Of a DNA stretch of 64,000 nt, positions 1 through 14,274 are shown in pieces. The stretch lies in contig NC_043007.1 in NCBI RefSeq assembly GCF_006345805.1, positions 6,386,001 to 6,450,000 of the forward strand, written 5' to 3'. The position numbers and the translations under genes were made by a program. The notes under the pieces were generated by a model. It saw nothing but the letters and a program-made list of their open reading frames with translations. It was not told the origin of the DNA and ran no database searches. The first letter of the stretch is position 1, and every line of letters begins with the position of its first letter. Source of the stretch: Octopus sinensis (Eukaryota).

Positions 1-480
1 ATCTTCGATTTTGTTGGACAATACTGTTGCTGATGTAGAATTTTACCTGGAAAGTTCCTGATATCAAATCAAACAGCAATACATCTTAAACGGGGAGTTA
101 AATGTAAGGTTCTCTATTCACAATTATTTTCGAGGCTCTCTCTGCAACACACAGGAAGAGCAGTCGTGTGTTTGGTTTCAATGCATCCAGAAACGCGTTT
201 GGAAAGTGTGGCTTGTAGGTGACGTGCTTATGAAGTGTGAGATCGCTCAGAAGACCAAAAACAGGGAAATGAGAATGAATTCTAAGTAGGTAATCGGAGG
301 GTAACTAATGCAAGATGTAGGAGATGGGGGTACAGTTATTGATGTCCTTATTGAACCAAAGGATGGCAATGACACACACAAAGCGATGATCTAAGAAATT
401 TCAACGGCAACTTTCGCGTCTTTCCCGAATGTCTCGAACAACATTGTCGAATCTGTCTGTTCCTATACTTCTTCGGATTA
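1..480 (-). mobile_element. Probable decayed CR1-like APE endonuclease relic
   Basis: One minus frame has only 4 stops in ~160 codons. FGLLSDLTLHKHVTYKPHFPNAFLDALKPNTRLLFL resembles the CR1 motif DLTQxVxxPTxxP...LDLFL. Confidence 0.3.
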
Positions 481-540
481 ATGTGTAATTGTAAGGAAGG
501 CTTTTGTGTCATTATAAGCAGATAAAAACAATAAGCTTAG

Positions 541-600
<60 letters not shown>

Positions 601-947
601 TTGTGATGAGATGTAGCAAAGTGCAGAGAGTATGAAATGAGATGACGGTTTGAAGTAGCAGATTATAACATGAGAACGGTAGAAGAGTGAATGAGAGGGG
701 AGGGGGAAGAGGGGGGAAGTCAGAAAGAAAGACTGGGAGGGGGAGAAAGGGGAAAGAGAGAAGGTGGGAAGGAAGTCGTTTCGGCGAAGTGATCGTAGTT
801 GTGTTCATAATAAATATATATATTAAGAACCAACGAAATGTTTTCGTGGAGACATATTCTAGAATGTATGATGACAGTAGCGCCATTTCACGTCTGTAAT
901 CAAATTTGGATCGCTTGTGAGATTTCTAGCGAGCTTGTAGTGTATGT

Positions 948-993
<46 letters not shown>

Positions 994-2694
994 GTGTGTG
1001 TGCGCGCGAGAGAGAGAGAGAGAGTGTGTGTGAGAGTATGTGTGAAAGAGAGATAAAGTGTGTGTGTGTGTGTGCGAGAGAGAGAGTGTGTGAGAGTATG
1101 TGTGAAAGAGAGAGAGACAGTATGTATGTGTGTGCGTGTGTGTGTGCGTGTGGTTGTGTGCGTGTGTGTGTGTGTGTGTGCGAGAGAGAGAGAGTGTGTA
1201 TGAGAGTATGTGCGAGAGAGATAGAGAGAGAGACAGTATGTGTGTGTGTGTGCTTATGGATATCTCTATTTGGTGATCTTTAATACACCATGCACATACA
1301 TACGTACATGTACACTTGCATGCATACATATACACTCATAGGATACACATACACACATACATATGCGTGTGTATATCGTGTGTACATAAGCACATATTCT
1401 AAGAAACAGAGGAATAGAGAGAAATGGAAAAAAAGAGAGAAGGGAGAGAGGGAGAAGGGGAGACACAGACGCACAGACAGATACAGTGAATGGAATTAGA
1501 AAGTGAGAGGTATGTATATTGACATAAAAACACACGGGTAAGTGTGTATATATATGTCTTGCGTAAATCGATATATATCACTGATAGGTAGAAGAATAGA
1601 GAGAGGAAGATAGAGAGTGAGAGGGAGAGGAGAGGGAGAGAGAGAGATGGCGAAAAATAAATAAACAGAGAACCAGAGTTAGAAAGTCAGTGTCTTATTT
1701 ACACAAACTTGTTCGAACATAAGTATTTTCAACGTTGAGGTGTCTCAGTACAAAGTACTCTGTCCATCACTCATTCCTCATTATCCTTCACTATCTCTAC
1801 ATTCTCATTCACTCCTACACTCACACTCTCTATCTCTCTTTCCCTCTCTTTCCATTTTTCTTACGACTTCTCATTTGCCTCTCACTTTCACACACACATA
1901 ATATACTCAAGTGAACACACACACAGACACTGACGCACGCACAGCCTTTTTACTCAAGCAACGCTTACTAGATTCCCATCAATAGTTATGTCATTCTAAC
2001 CTTACCTCGTATATCTAACCAAGTACACTCCACCCACTTTCTACCTGTTCTGTTTGGTTTCAGAAGAGCAAACATTACGATTTATCCACCCCTTTTTCTT
2101 TATAGCCCCTTCCACTCTTGAAGATTCTCTTCTACACGCTCCGACTCGTCGACCTTCTTCTGTACCTGTTGCTCTTTCACCTTCAGTTTCGTAATATCTT
2201 TCTTTAGAAGAAATATTAATTTTGTCACTTTCCGCCAAACGACATATTTCTTTTTACTTCAGTTTTTCTTTTACAATCAACTTTCATAACAACGCGTCAA
2301 CATCAACTATCGAAGCAAATGTTTGTGTCACATGATATCAATGGTTGCATACACACGTAAGAACCCTTAACAATGTATCCCTTCTTATTACACACACACA
2401 CATTCTTAGATACATTAATGTACTTATATATATATACATATATGCACTTGCGTGTCTATGTGAATGTGCATTTACTACAATACCTGATATTGCCTATGCT
2501 ACATGAGATGGATGTGGACAAATCATGGGTATGTATTTAAGACAATCTGCTTCGTAGGAAGACAGTTCCGGGTTCAATCCCACTGTGTGGCATGTAGAGT
2601 ATGGTTGGTACCATAGATCCCTAAGCTGAATAACGTTAATCGCCGCTCTACAGAAAACCTGCATATATATTTTTTTCACCATGATATATTGCTA

Positions 2695-2860
2695 GCCACC
2701 ACACATTCTTTATTTTTTCTCCTTTTTTCTTTCTGTGTTCTTTTCTGCGGAAGAGCGTAGGCACGAAACGTGAAAGACTTTTTCCTTTCCCGAGCGTTAT
2801 ACTAATGCATCTGTTTGTTGTCTACACCACCTGTCTGCGTCTTTTGTGAATTCTCCCATA
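2695..2860 (+). mobile_element. Penelope pLTR-like short repeat with decayed minimal HHR (2741-2777)
   Basis: Same ~160-bp family as 33175-33315. Core CUGCGGA, cleavage triplet mutated to GUG; 3' end runs into (TA)n. Confidence 0.6.
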
Positions 2861-3297
2861 TATATATATATATATCATTTTGTATAAGAAAATATTGGCC
2901 AATGTTGATAGACGTACAAATGACTGAACTCAGATTAATGTCGTTGGAGCACCAATCTCTGAACCACACCGTCGTGCCTTTGCCCTTACACTGTAACTCA
3001 CATTAAAAAGATAGTGATCAGGAACACTCTAATCCTAATTCTAAATGACATTTCATATATCGCAAGCTCTTTTTCACTTACTTGTAACTAAACATTTGCA
3101 TAAAGTTTACTTTGATTGCATATAGATGAAACTAAAAAAGAACGGTAAAGTGAACGTTACACTTGCCTCTAATTGTCATGGAAACTATAGTGTAATATAC
3201 GACTTCACAATTTATCCCAAACCGCAACGCTGGGTGAATGAGACTAGTTTTACGATTAGCAACGGAAATAGAATTTTCGTAGTTATATATATATATT

Positions 3298-3518
3298 TCT
3301 TTACTGCCCACAAGGGGCTAAACACAGAGGGGACAAACAAGGACAGACAAAGGGATTAAGTCGATTACATCGACCCCAGAGCGAAACTGGTTCTTTATTT
3401 ATCGACCTCAAAGGGATGAAAGGCAACGTCGACCTCGGCGGAATTTGAACTCAGAACGTAACGACAGACGAAGTACCGCTAAGCATTTCGCCCGGCGCGC
3501 TAACGTTTCTGCCAGCTT
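3298..3518 (-). mobile_element. tRNA-derived SINE (family C)
   Basis: Head ctggcagaaacgttagcgcgccgggcgaaatgcttagcgg..gagttcaaattccgccgaggtcgac. Weaker copies lie near 10425-10625(+), 25440-25585(-), 25930-26085(-), 32735-32940(-) and 45845-45985(-). Confidence 0.8.
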
Positions 3519-4655
3519 CGTAGTTATATATAAACGTCGTCAGTGAAGTATTTTTGTTTGTTTCGGTTTTATGTAGATCAAGTACAGGAATTCCTCACGC
3601 TACAGAAATAATGAGTTCCTAAAAATCTTACTACAACGCCATGTCTCAACGCGAAATAATTTTTCCGATGCAAGGAACTGGCTCTTGTCACATGGCGTCT
3701 GTTTTCGAGGATGGTTTTGTGAGCGTAAAATTTCATTGATCATGAAATATCACAATGATTACTGATGACAAATGCGGCGGTTTAATGGACTTTAAATCCA
3801 GAAGTACTTCCGCTTTCGAATCTTAAAAAAAGTTAAAATGAAACATAGCTGGACACTTTTCATTTTATTATTAATTCATTAATTCATTATTAATTCATTG
3901 CCCTAGGCACAAATCTATTAGAGATGCAAATTTTCTAGGGGTATATAATTAATTCTCTGAATTTATTGTAATAATATAACTGAAAATGATACGAAGACTA
4001 GGGTTAAATTAAATGGATATCATAAAAGGATTTGACTGAAAAAATACTATTAAATTCTTCGGTACTTTACAGCTGTAGACATCGCCACAATTCCTCACAT
4101 CGATAATATGAATATGTATTAAATATAAAAATGGATTAGGAATCAATGATCGTATACAGTAATGTGATGTCTTAATAACATAAATTATTAGTTACCAGCT
4201 CCCAGAAATGCATGTTATGGATATTGTGCATTGATCTCGATAATGACAAAATATCGATCAATCAAATTACGAAAATACAATTAGGATTGCTTAATGTAAC
4301 TTATCTGCAGCAAGCAACTTCCAATTGAAAGGTATAATGTAATTCATTGCTAACATTTTTCTTGTTATTTTTTTTTCTTACGTAATAATTATCATTATAA
4401 CAAAAGCTTTACAACGAATCAATAGCAACGCTGCAACTGTTTGCATACAAATTTATCGAAGTTACGGCTGCTTCATTTCAAGCTATTATCCTACATATAT
4501 ACACACATACATACCTACATTATATATATATAAAATATATATATATATATAAAATATATATATAGATATACATATATATATACATACATATACGTATACA
4601 TATACATATATATACATATATATATTATATATATGTATATATATATATATATATG

Positions 4656-4729
<74 letters not shown>

Positions 4730-4767
4730 GTATATATATATATATATATTATATATATATATGTATA

Positions 4768-4804
<37 letters not shown>

Positions 4805-6974
4805 CATATATATTATAGTTATATTAACCAGTACTTCCTTTGATGTACATAAATGAAATTCTAAAGCGGTTACGTTGAGTCGTTTTGAAGTTCCCGATCA
4901 ATAAACATGATGAGAAAAAGAAACAGAAAATAAAGAAAAATTCATATTTATATCTATTTTAAATTCATGATGTTCGGATGGAAAAAAGAAGGTCGGTGTT
5001 AGATACATAATCTATAATGGGTTGTAAAACTTCGCCACGGATGAAAGGGGTTATGGTTTGTTAAATCTAGCTCGAAGTAATTATCAGAAAAGGTAAAGCA
5101 ATATACACTTCTATTGCCAAGGTTACTAATATATTAGCAGATGATAAAACAGCAGCAGCAGCAGCAGCGGATATGTAACTCGATATTACTAGAATGTTTC
5201 AACTGTTTGAAAAAATTAGAAAGAATTTTGATTGTTCATTAAATAAAAATATTTTGGATGCGTCATTTTAGTAAATTAGTTATTACTATTAAAAAGATTC
5301 TGAAATGAAAGGCTTATAGGGCTCATTTACAGGGCTTAAGAGATTGGGGGTCTGTAGAGAGGGTGAATATACTTAAACCAAAGATCTGGCACCATATTGA
5401 CACGAAGTTTGCAACAGAGTGGATTTCGCTGTACACACGCTTCATGCTAAGATGGTAGAATTTAGAGACGAATTTAGTCCATTGCCTAAGAAGACTGTCT
5501 TTGAATTTGAAATCAGAGCAGGAGGCGACGGAAAAAATATTACAAGATATCCGTTTGGACGAATTCTTGGCCTCGTATTCTTTATTGAGTCCAAGATGAT
5601 AAAAACCATACTTGAACCAAGCGAAAATTCCAATACTGACAGAAACGAGTAAGAGCTTGCTTATGAGAGGGAGGACACATTCGAGGGGAAACATTATTCT
5701 AACACTTTATTGATCAACAACCTTCACCGTTGAACATCCCTGACTGTTACGTGTATATGATACTTATGATAATCTTGCATATATTTACTAAATTGTCTGG
5801 AAGCACAAACACACAAATATATGTGTGTGTTTGCATATAAGCCATTATCTTTTCAGCCTGATATTCAACGATTTAAGTGGAAATAACTACTTCCTGATAT
5901 TTTTCCTTTTCCGGATTTTCAGTTTTCTACCTTTTATATATACTTCTTTCTCGCATTTTCTCGCTTTTCCTCTCATGTTATCGTCTCATTTTTAATTCCT
6001 TACGCCATGTGGGCAGTGCCTGACGATTGAACCAGGACACCTGACGTGTGTTAAAAAACACTGTTTGATATACTCTCAGTACAAGAAACCAATAGTAGCA
6101 CATAAGTCAATTAAATTGTGCTTATTAAATATATCTCTCACCAGGTAAAGAAATTATATTCCTGATCTTACCATCACAGAACAGTACTCCCTCTCACTCT
6201 GAGTGTGTGTGTGTGTGTGTTTGTGTGCGTGCGTGTTTCTGCCTGTGGTTGTCCAGCACCACCACTTGATAACCGCGTTGCTGTGTCTACGTCTGCGTAA
6301 CTTAGCGCTTCGGCAGAAGAGATCTATAAAATAAGTATCAGGCTCAAAGGAAAAAAAGCTAGGTACTGGTGTTGGTTCATTCATCTAAAAACTTCTTCAG
6401 AGAGATGCCCCAGCATTGCCGCAGTCTAATGACTGAAATAAGTAAACGATAAAAGATAAAAAGTAAAACAGCAATTTGCATTTCACGTAAATTGCAAAAT
6501 TGCATCGAGACCCCCTCCTCTGCCTTTAAACTATTACATCAGGCAAAACAAAGATGGCTACTTGTGATGCAAGTTGGGAAACTAAGCAATGAGATGTGAT
6601 GAGGGGGTGGAGAATAAATGAACATAAATTACTTGTATGCCAGCCTAGAGACACGCCCCTTAAATCAACTGTGTATTTCATTTTCTGAAAATGAAAGGTG
6701 ATTTGAAGAAATTCAAAAATGGATATGAATGGGTAAAAAAGAAAAAAAACTTCAGGTGTTAATATTCGGTATGAACATAACGTCAGGTAATTTTGTGTAA
6801 TGACTGTTCTGCTAGTGAAAGATATAAGGGAGAATTAAAAGAAAATTATTAACAAAGATTAAGAAATGGTATGAAATGTCAAAGCCTATTTGTTAGATGT
6901 AAATTTTTAATTAGAATTATTTTATTATCTTCTTGGTATTGTGTTCATGGGAAATGGGAAATATCTCTCTTTCT

Positions 6975-7377
6975 CTCTTTTACTTGTTTCAGTCATTTGA
7001 CTGCGGCCATGCTGAGCACCGCCTTTAATCGAGCAACTCGACCCCCGGACTTATTCTTTTGTAAGCCCAGTACTTATTCTATCGGTCTCTTTTGCCGAAC
7101 CGCTAAGTATCGGGGACATAAACACACCAGCATCGGTTGTCAAGCAATGCTAGGGGACAAACACAGACACACAAACACACACACGCATATATATATATAT
7201 ATATACATATACGACGGGCTTCTTTCAGTTTCCGTCTACCAAATCCACTCACAAGGTTTTGGTCGACCCGAGACTATAGTAGAAGACACTTGCCCAAGGT
7301 GCCACGCAGTGGGACTGAACCTGGAACCATGTGGTTGGTAGACAAGCTACTTACCACACAACCACTCCTGCGCCTAT
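6975..7377 (-). mobile_element. tRNA-derived octopus SINE (family A), full length, internal microsatellite
   Basis: Head ataggcgcaggagtggttgtgtggtaag..ggttc..agtcccactgcgtggcacc with A/B-box-like motifs; tail gcatggccgcagtcaaatgactgaaacaagtaaaaga. Confidence 0.85.
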
Positions 7378-8329
7378 GTGTTGTGGATGGATTATAAGAT
7401 TAAATCTAAAAGTTCTAAAATATATTCCCGAGAGTGGATCTTGGTAAGGTGAGAGCAGTTTGAATGCTAATGTAGAGTGGTGGGTGTTGAGTGTAAGCAT
7501 TAGTGTTATCCGGCTGCAGGTTGACATACACAATGCCGAGTATGTGTTACCTTGAAGGTATCTATTAAAGAGTATTATAATGTTTAAGCAGGTAGCCAGG
7601 TTTTCATCCTGTTCAGTTATATCCATTCTCTTCTGTAAAATCTAACATTGGTATGTTTTTTCTTTTTATTTTTCCAGTTTCTTCCGTTATCTGCGGAGGA
7701 CTCTATCATCAGTCAAATATGGATGACCTGCAATATTGAAGTCTGCTTATTGCTGAAATCAGATGACAATGTTAAAAATATAAATTCTACTTTTCAATTT
7801 ATTTTCACCCTTACCCGTGTACAATTTCTTTGGTGTTGTATACCTGAGTTAATTAACTGGCTCTACGCAGAGTACTTGTTCCAAAAGTTGCGTTTTGTCT
7901 CCCTACTTGAAAAACCACGAATATCATGACTAGCTGGCTTGGAGCTGCTAAGTTTTTTCATTTTAGCTGTCGACAGATTTGGAACAGCCACTGTTATAAA
8001 CTGTCTGTAAAGTTCAGTGGAAATGCATATCTAGACACACCACAGTGGCGGCACATGCCCATATTTTCATTAATACTAAGAAGAAAGTGGGTGAGTTATT
8101 AAACCGTTAATTTTACTGAGACTTTATCTAGAGCATGTAAGCTATGTGTTTTGAATGAATAATAGACTTACTTTGAACAGGCTACTGACTAAAATGCTAC
8201 AGTAGTAGTAAGCCATGCTTCAATATTTCCTTAAACGATTGACGGAAATATTGCTACTAATAATGAAAAGATTTCTAATATTACAGAGCATTGACAGTAG
8301 AATATATTTTATACGTATGTCATTATTGA

Positions 8330-9510
8330 GTTTTATTTCAAGATTTGCCAATAGGGAAGGAACCGGATTCTAATCTACATCCAAGGTACCTACATTGTAA
8401 TTTCAACATGAACAACAGGGTATTCTTGTTTGTACTTATGTAAGTATATATGCAGATTTGTATGTTTTGCTTCATGTATATATTCTTATGCATATAGTTG
8501 CATATCTAGTTATATATATTTAAATGATGAAATTCTGCAAAGTTTTACAGATTTTTAAAGTTCTAGTGATGGATTGGATCAGTAGTCTTCGAATCAAGTT
8601 TCTCTTTTCTAGCTTTGAGAAGACTAATTCCTCAAGATTTAAGCAGTATGTTACATATCCCAAGGCCCTAGTAATTAGAGGTACAAACCTGGACTTATAA
8701 TCTGGATAGGTTAATTGCAGATTTTTCAATAATTCAGTGTAGGAGTTCTCTTTTTTAGCTTCATGTTAACATCCGGTGGGCAGCTAATTTCCACAACTGT
8801 ACAGTTTCTTGTCTCAATCCAAAATCATTATATCAGGTCTGGTGTGTTTACACTTTATTGGGGTTTTCACTGGGACATTCCAACAGTACTCGTTTTGTTA
8901 TGAGTGGCTATGGCTTCTAACATACTGTATCTTTTTAATTTTGACCATGGGATTATCCTTCCGATGGATTTCATTATATAGTGTCCTAGCTACACCGTGC
9001 CTCATCGGTAGATATTACCGTGATGACATTTTCGGACGACTGGCTTATGATGTGGGTGATATCTTCGGTGTTAAATCCACAAAGTCTGCATCTCTGTCCT
9101 TTTTGTGCATCAGGTATTTGGTTGATATTTCCTGCTTCTGGATTGCAAACGCATACCCTTCAAAGTGGGAGGTAGTAATCCGGTTGTTGGTCCATGATAG
9201 ACTGCTTTGATGATCACTGTTACTATCATCTCAGAGCTTTCTATTGATATATCCATGCATAGTCTTCTGCTCATATAGGGTCATCCTTCCATCCGATGCT
9301 AAGATGCGGTAGAGATGTACGACATCTTTGGGTATGTATTTAAGGTTATCAGTCAAGGAATGTTGCTCAAGGAACTGCCTTCCAAGTCTAATGATGTTAT
9401 CAGCGTCATGTATGCAAATTTGGTCAAGGGATGCACTTCGAAATATAGTGGTTAAAAGATGTTGCTGAAGGGATATGATACGACATACAAAGGTATTTAG
9501 ATCGATGTTA
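8330..9510 (-). mobile_element. R4/Dong-clade non-LTR retrotransposon 3' end (CCHC knuckle plus restriction-like endonuclease), 5'-truncated and decayed
   Basis: Minus strand reads FEGYAFAIQKQEISTKYL, CRLCGFNTEDITHIIS, MRH, KHTRPDIMI, TVVEISCPPDVN and KNLQLTYPDYKSRFVPLI..ALGYV, ending at the stop near 8520, then a 3' UTR. Confidence 0.85.
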
Positions 9511-11382
9511 AGCCTCTGCTGCCTTTTAATAGCTTATACATTTTAGTCTCTCAATACTGTTATGAAATTTTTGAATGTATTTGATTCTAAACTATGTAAA
9601 TATCAAAGAAATCAACGTGAAAAAGAACTGAAGATTCACGTTCACAAGAAAAAGGAAAAAAATGTTTTCTGTAACTTTGATATTCCTACTTCTCATATCT
9701 ACCACACATTCTAGAATAAAACTTACACTGGTGTATATTCGACATCCTCCTAATACAAGCGTTATTCGCATTTTATACGTTTATCTAATCGAGATATCGA
9801 GAAAAAAAGTAAGGTTTTAATATTTTCGTATCAGAGTTGCACATAAAACAAACTAAATTAATTTCCCGTCATCATAAGTATGACTTATCGCACAACATCA
9901 ATATGAACACGATATTTGACATAAAAATTCATGTGATATCTGCGAAAGGTGTGTTACGTCTGTGAAAGTGTGTGACTGAGTGGTTAGGAGAGTTGTTTTA
10001 CGAGCGTAAGTTTAGGAGTTCCATACCTGGTAGAGTCATTTCTTCAGTTTTTAAAACTTGTATACACTTTTGGGACACCCTACACACATTCACACAAACA
10101 CATATGTGTATATGTATATATGTATATATGCATATATGTATATATATGTGTGAGTATATGCGTCGGGCAGCTGTCCCGATCGTGACACAGGCAAATGCAT
10201 ATGTGCCTATAGTGTATAAATAACTGTTCACTAAATGCAGAAGGGTACATGGCAACTGAGATCTAACGTCTGTACGTCTGTAAGTTTAACTTAGACCATC
10301 AACTTGAAGGATCGATAAAATAAAGAATCAGTCGACCACTGGGATGATTTTATTAATCTCTGGTCATGAGCCTATGTTACAAAAACTGTTATTGTCATTT
10401 GTGCCCCTGAAAGGCGTCGTTGTAGCCAAATTGTTAGGGTCAAACTAAATGCCTTGCAGTATTTCTTCCTGTTCATTACGTTCTGAATTCGAATCCCGCC
10501 ATGATCGACTTTGTCTTTTGTCCTTTCAGAGTTCATAAATCATGATACAAATGAAGTACCGGGATCCACAGCATCAATATAACCGCTTCCTTAAAATCTC
10601 TGGCCTCGTGCCTAGAAAACGAACCATTTATCCCGTTTACATTGAGAAATGCAGATCAGTGTATTCAATTAGCAGAGTATATCACTGTTCAACAATCTTA
10701 AGTTTACGTGTCAAGAATCCAGAAACAAATTTTTTAGGTAATGCAGCACTTGATGTCGCCATCGTTTATATATAATAAAAGAATTTTCATAATATTAATA
10801 ATATTGTTTGTTATTTTATCTTTATTTTAATAAGAGCTCGGGAATATCTATTAAAATAAAAATGTGTTTAATTTCAAATTTCCTTAGGATTCCAAGATTA
10901 TATTTATACACATACATTTTTCTTGTTACACGCTAGGAATCAATAATTTTGAGAGATGATTGTTAAAATCGGCAAAACTTTCAAATTGGAAAACAGTGGG
11001 ATTTCTATAAAACTGTTTTAAATTCGTATGAAAAAAATATCGTTGTCGAATTTACGTGCGAAATTAAATTATAGCGTCAGAACAAATATCGCATTATGAT
11101 ACATCGACTGCGAAAGTACGTTTTGAGTGTGTTTATCTATATCTGGGTATGAGCGAGTGCAGAATCAGATAAAGAGGGAAGTTATTATCGATAGGAAAGA
11201 CTTACTTATGCAAGGATGGATGGATGGGCAGATAGATAGATTGACTGATAGATACATAGATCGACAGACATATATATATATATATATAGTTCAGCAAAAT
11301 TTAGATTCAGATGAATATGGTACTTAAGTTAAAGGCACCAGAATTTTGTATGGTATTATCCATATAAATCAAATGGGGTGAT

Positions 11383-11528
11383 TATAATCAAAATAAGCAA
11401 CAAGTATATCCAAGGTAGAGTAGTACAATGTTTCATGCTACTTTATTTAATTAAACACTGTTTAATAGAATGAAGTAGCATGAAACAATTGTACAACTCT
11501 ACCTTGGATATACTTGTTGCTTATTTTG

Positions 11529-11534
<6 letters not shown>
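11383..11534. repeat. ~152-bp foldback palindrome made from the 3' half of HHR family 3
   Basis: Arms tataatcaaaataagcaacaagtatatccaaggtagag... and their reverse complement pair down to a 3-nt loop (AAAC-ACT-GTTT) with few mismatches. Confidence 0.9.
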
Positions 11535-11581
<47 letters not shown>

Positions 11582-12606
11582 TATATTATATATATATATA
11601 TATATATTAGAATTTTAGAAAACGGGAACTGTTTTAATTATAATTTGACATTTAAAACTATAATTAATACAGTTTAATATACGCATGTACCAAACTGCGT
11701 AAGTTTGGGAAGCGTTAAAGCACGAAACACTTGGCCTTTGAGTTACTATATAAAGCCTGCTGATTACATATATGGTAGATTATAATGATATGATATAATT
11801 TAATATGAGCTCATGTCATATCATTAAATGTGTGTGCGCGAACATTTTCTTGTCTCTATAGTCAAAGTAATATGTATGTATATATAAATTACGTGTGTGT
11901 GTGTGTGTTTGTATGTGTGTGTTTGTGTGTGTGTGTGTGTATGTGTGTAATAAAAAAAATTTCGTTCAAGAGATCTTCCCCCACGTGGTGAATTGTAATA
12001 ATATATTATATTTTAAAATAAGGAAACTACACACGATTTATATATCAGTAATATATTTTAAAGGGTAGAATGTTGTGACACACGACCGATTTCGTGGCAT
12101 TGAATTTAGTGGAAATATTGCAATTTCGTATTTTCTTTTCGTTCATGCCGCTTGTATGACAGTTTCTTTGCAAATGTATCATTATCTAGAAAAAGATCGA
12201 AAGAAAGGTAATCGGTGATTGTTCTCAGTTCAGGTTGAAAGATTGCATGAAAATATCCTTGAAAAAGTCTACCATTTCGTGTATGATGAATAACTAGTGG
12301 TTCCCCTTGTCGAGTGTTGACAACATGCCAAAGAGAGGAAGCCGCGCCCCTTGCCGGCCTGAAAAGTCACATATGTGCTGCTCAAAAATAAGACTGATTC
12401 TGAAAAGGTTCAATCAATGGCTATATTCGAGAGTGAAGAAGCGACCAACATTATATATATATATATTTATATATATATATATATAAATTCTAACACTATG
12501 ATGTTCTTAACAATCAAATCAACCTTTCCGTCTATTTATTTACCCTCTTTATAATGTTAGCAATTGACATGGAAACAAGTATATGTATTGATGGAAAACC
12601 TCTATG

Positions 12607-12697
12607 AATGGCTGAAGATTGCTCAACATTTTAAAACTGATGTAATACTTACAATGTTTAATAAAATGAAGTAGCATGAAACGATCGTACCAAATTA
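12607..12697 (+). ncRNA. Type I hammerhead with long stem II (family 3)
   Basis: AAUGG CUGAAGA U UGCU...AGCA U GAAAC GAUC GUA CCA. Palindromic stem III ACGAUCGU; inner helix AACAUU/AAUGUU. Confidence 0.6.
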
Positions 12698-12843
12698 CCG
12701 AAGATATTCTTGTTGCTTACTTTGAGTATATATATATATTGTATTTATATTTGTGACACATCGTTTTTTTTCCGTCCTTGTTTTCGTATACATTCGATGT
12801 TTTCTTCCAAGGAATCTAATGCTCTTAGCTTAGTTTTTCCTTG

Positions 12844-13036
12844 GGGCTGGCCAGATTGGAGCAATCTCAAGATTAATCAGCTGAAATTGCGAGGATGATC
12901 CGGTTCCTGACTGAACATAGCAAGCTTCGAATCACCCGTCCGTGTTTTGGCATCGTCTACCTAGATGTTTTGTTGTTCCTTTTTGTATCACCTAGTTGTC
13001 CGGATGCTTTGCGTTCTTGTCCCATTTTGTATTATA
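12844..13036 (+). repeat. Dispersed repeat, second copy at 49121-49283 (-)
   Basis: gggctggcc..aatctcaagattaatcag(c/t)(c/t)gaaatt..gatgatccggttc(c/t)tgactgaa is shared; both copies abut (TA)n. Confidence 0.75.
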
Positions 13037-13038
13037 TA

Positions 13039-13075
<37 letters not shown>

Positions 13076-14184
13076 TATATATATATATATTCTAATAATG
13101 GAGCATATAAGCCCTCGACAGAAAAAATTGTAGGCTTTCCCAATTGTGTGGGAATCGAACACACACTCCTTTGTTAACGTGACTAAGTGAGTTACCATTA
13201 CACAGGCGAATTAGCATAACTATTTGTCAAATTCAAGAACTATTATTAGTTGTTTTTCATGGCTGAATGAAAATCTGTTCTGTGTAATGTCAGTGACAGG
13301 GTTCATCGGAAGCGAAATGCATCTGGTGTTTACGCTAGTCTCTGCTGGGACGATTATCATTTCCCTCCAGTGCGCGCGCGCGTGTGTGTGTGTGTGTGTA
13401 TGTGTGTGTGTGTATGTGTGTGTGTGTGTTTTGAACTGTCTCACGATCATGAGAAAAATAGAAAAAATAATAATCTGCACGTATACCAGTTATGACTTAG
13501 GCTCCATAGATTGATTACTAAAAATCAGACTGGGAAAACTGAAAAAAATCCAACAAAAATCTACCACATTCTCTCTTGTAAGGACCTTAGAATTCGCATA
13601 TTACAAAGGAACATCATTCTAATTTATCAGGAGTTACATTATAGGGAAGATTATCATCAAAAGGATTAATCGGACCATTCTTCATCTCCCTGCAAAAGGA
13701 CGAGGCACCTCCAAGCTACCACAATAATATAAGGGCCTACGTTGATGAGATTTTGACGAGTAGGTAGAGTAGACGAAGATCAGTAGCATAACCTCTGCCT
13801 CTACCGGATTTAAAACCACTACTCATTATTTCATGGGAATACGAATAAGATAAAATTTGCATTAAAAAAAAACAAAAAAAAAACAAGTAGCACTCGACGA
13901 ATTCAGGACAGTCATTGAACTAGAATGTATACAAATACCAAACAAAATTTTCTTAATGGTTGTGACACTCTAGGGTGCTTGGTAGCAGACTATGAAGCAG
14001 AACGGCCATCAGTATGAAAAAAGGTGCTCAGAAGAAAATTGAATTATGACAGAAACTATTGAATTTTGGAAATGTATTTTGAAAGGTCCTGACTTTATAC
14101 TGATTCAGTTTGTAAATAGATTTTTAGGAGACACCATATACAGATAATATTTATGCTGATATATATATATATATGTATATACAC

Positions 14185-14270
<86 letters not shown>

Positions 14271-14274
<4 letters not shown>

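Noticed and set aside
4495-4815. Frequent single-base phase slips in (TA)n tracts
   Set aside because: The pattern fits long-read indel error or ordinary slippage, not encoded structure. It also means some frameshifts elsewhere may be artefacts.
5323-5694. 123-aa minus ORF and overlapping 77-aa plus ORF, each with plausible splice sites
   Set aside because: Strand and frame are ambiguous and no family is recognised. A third frame loosely resembles a decayed CR1/L2 RT. An ORF of this length is expected about once per window by chance.
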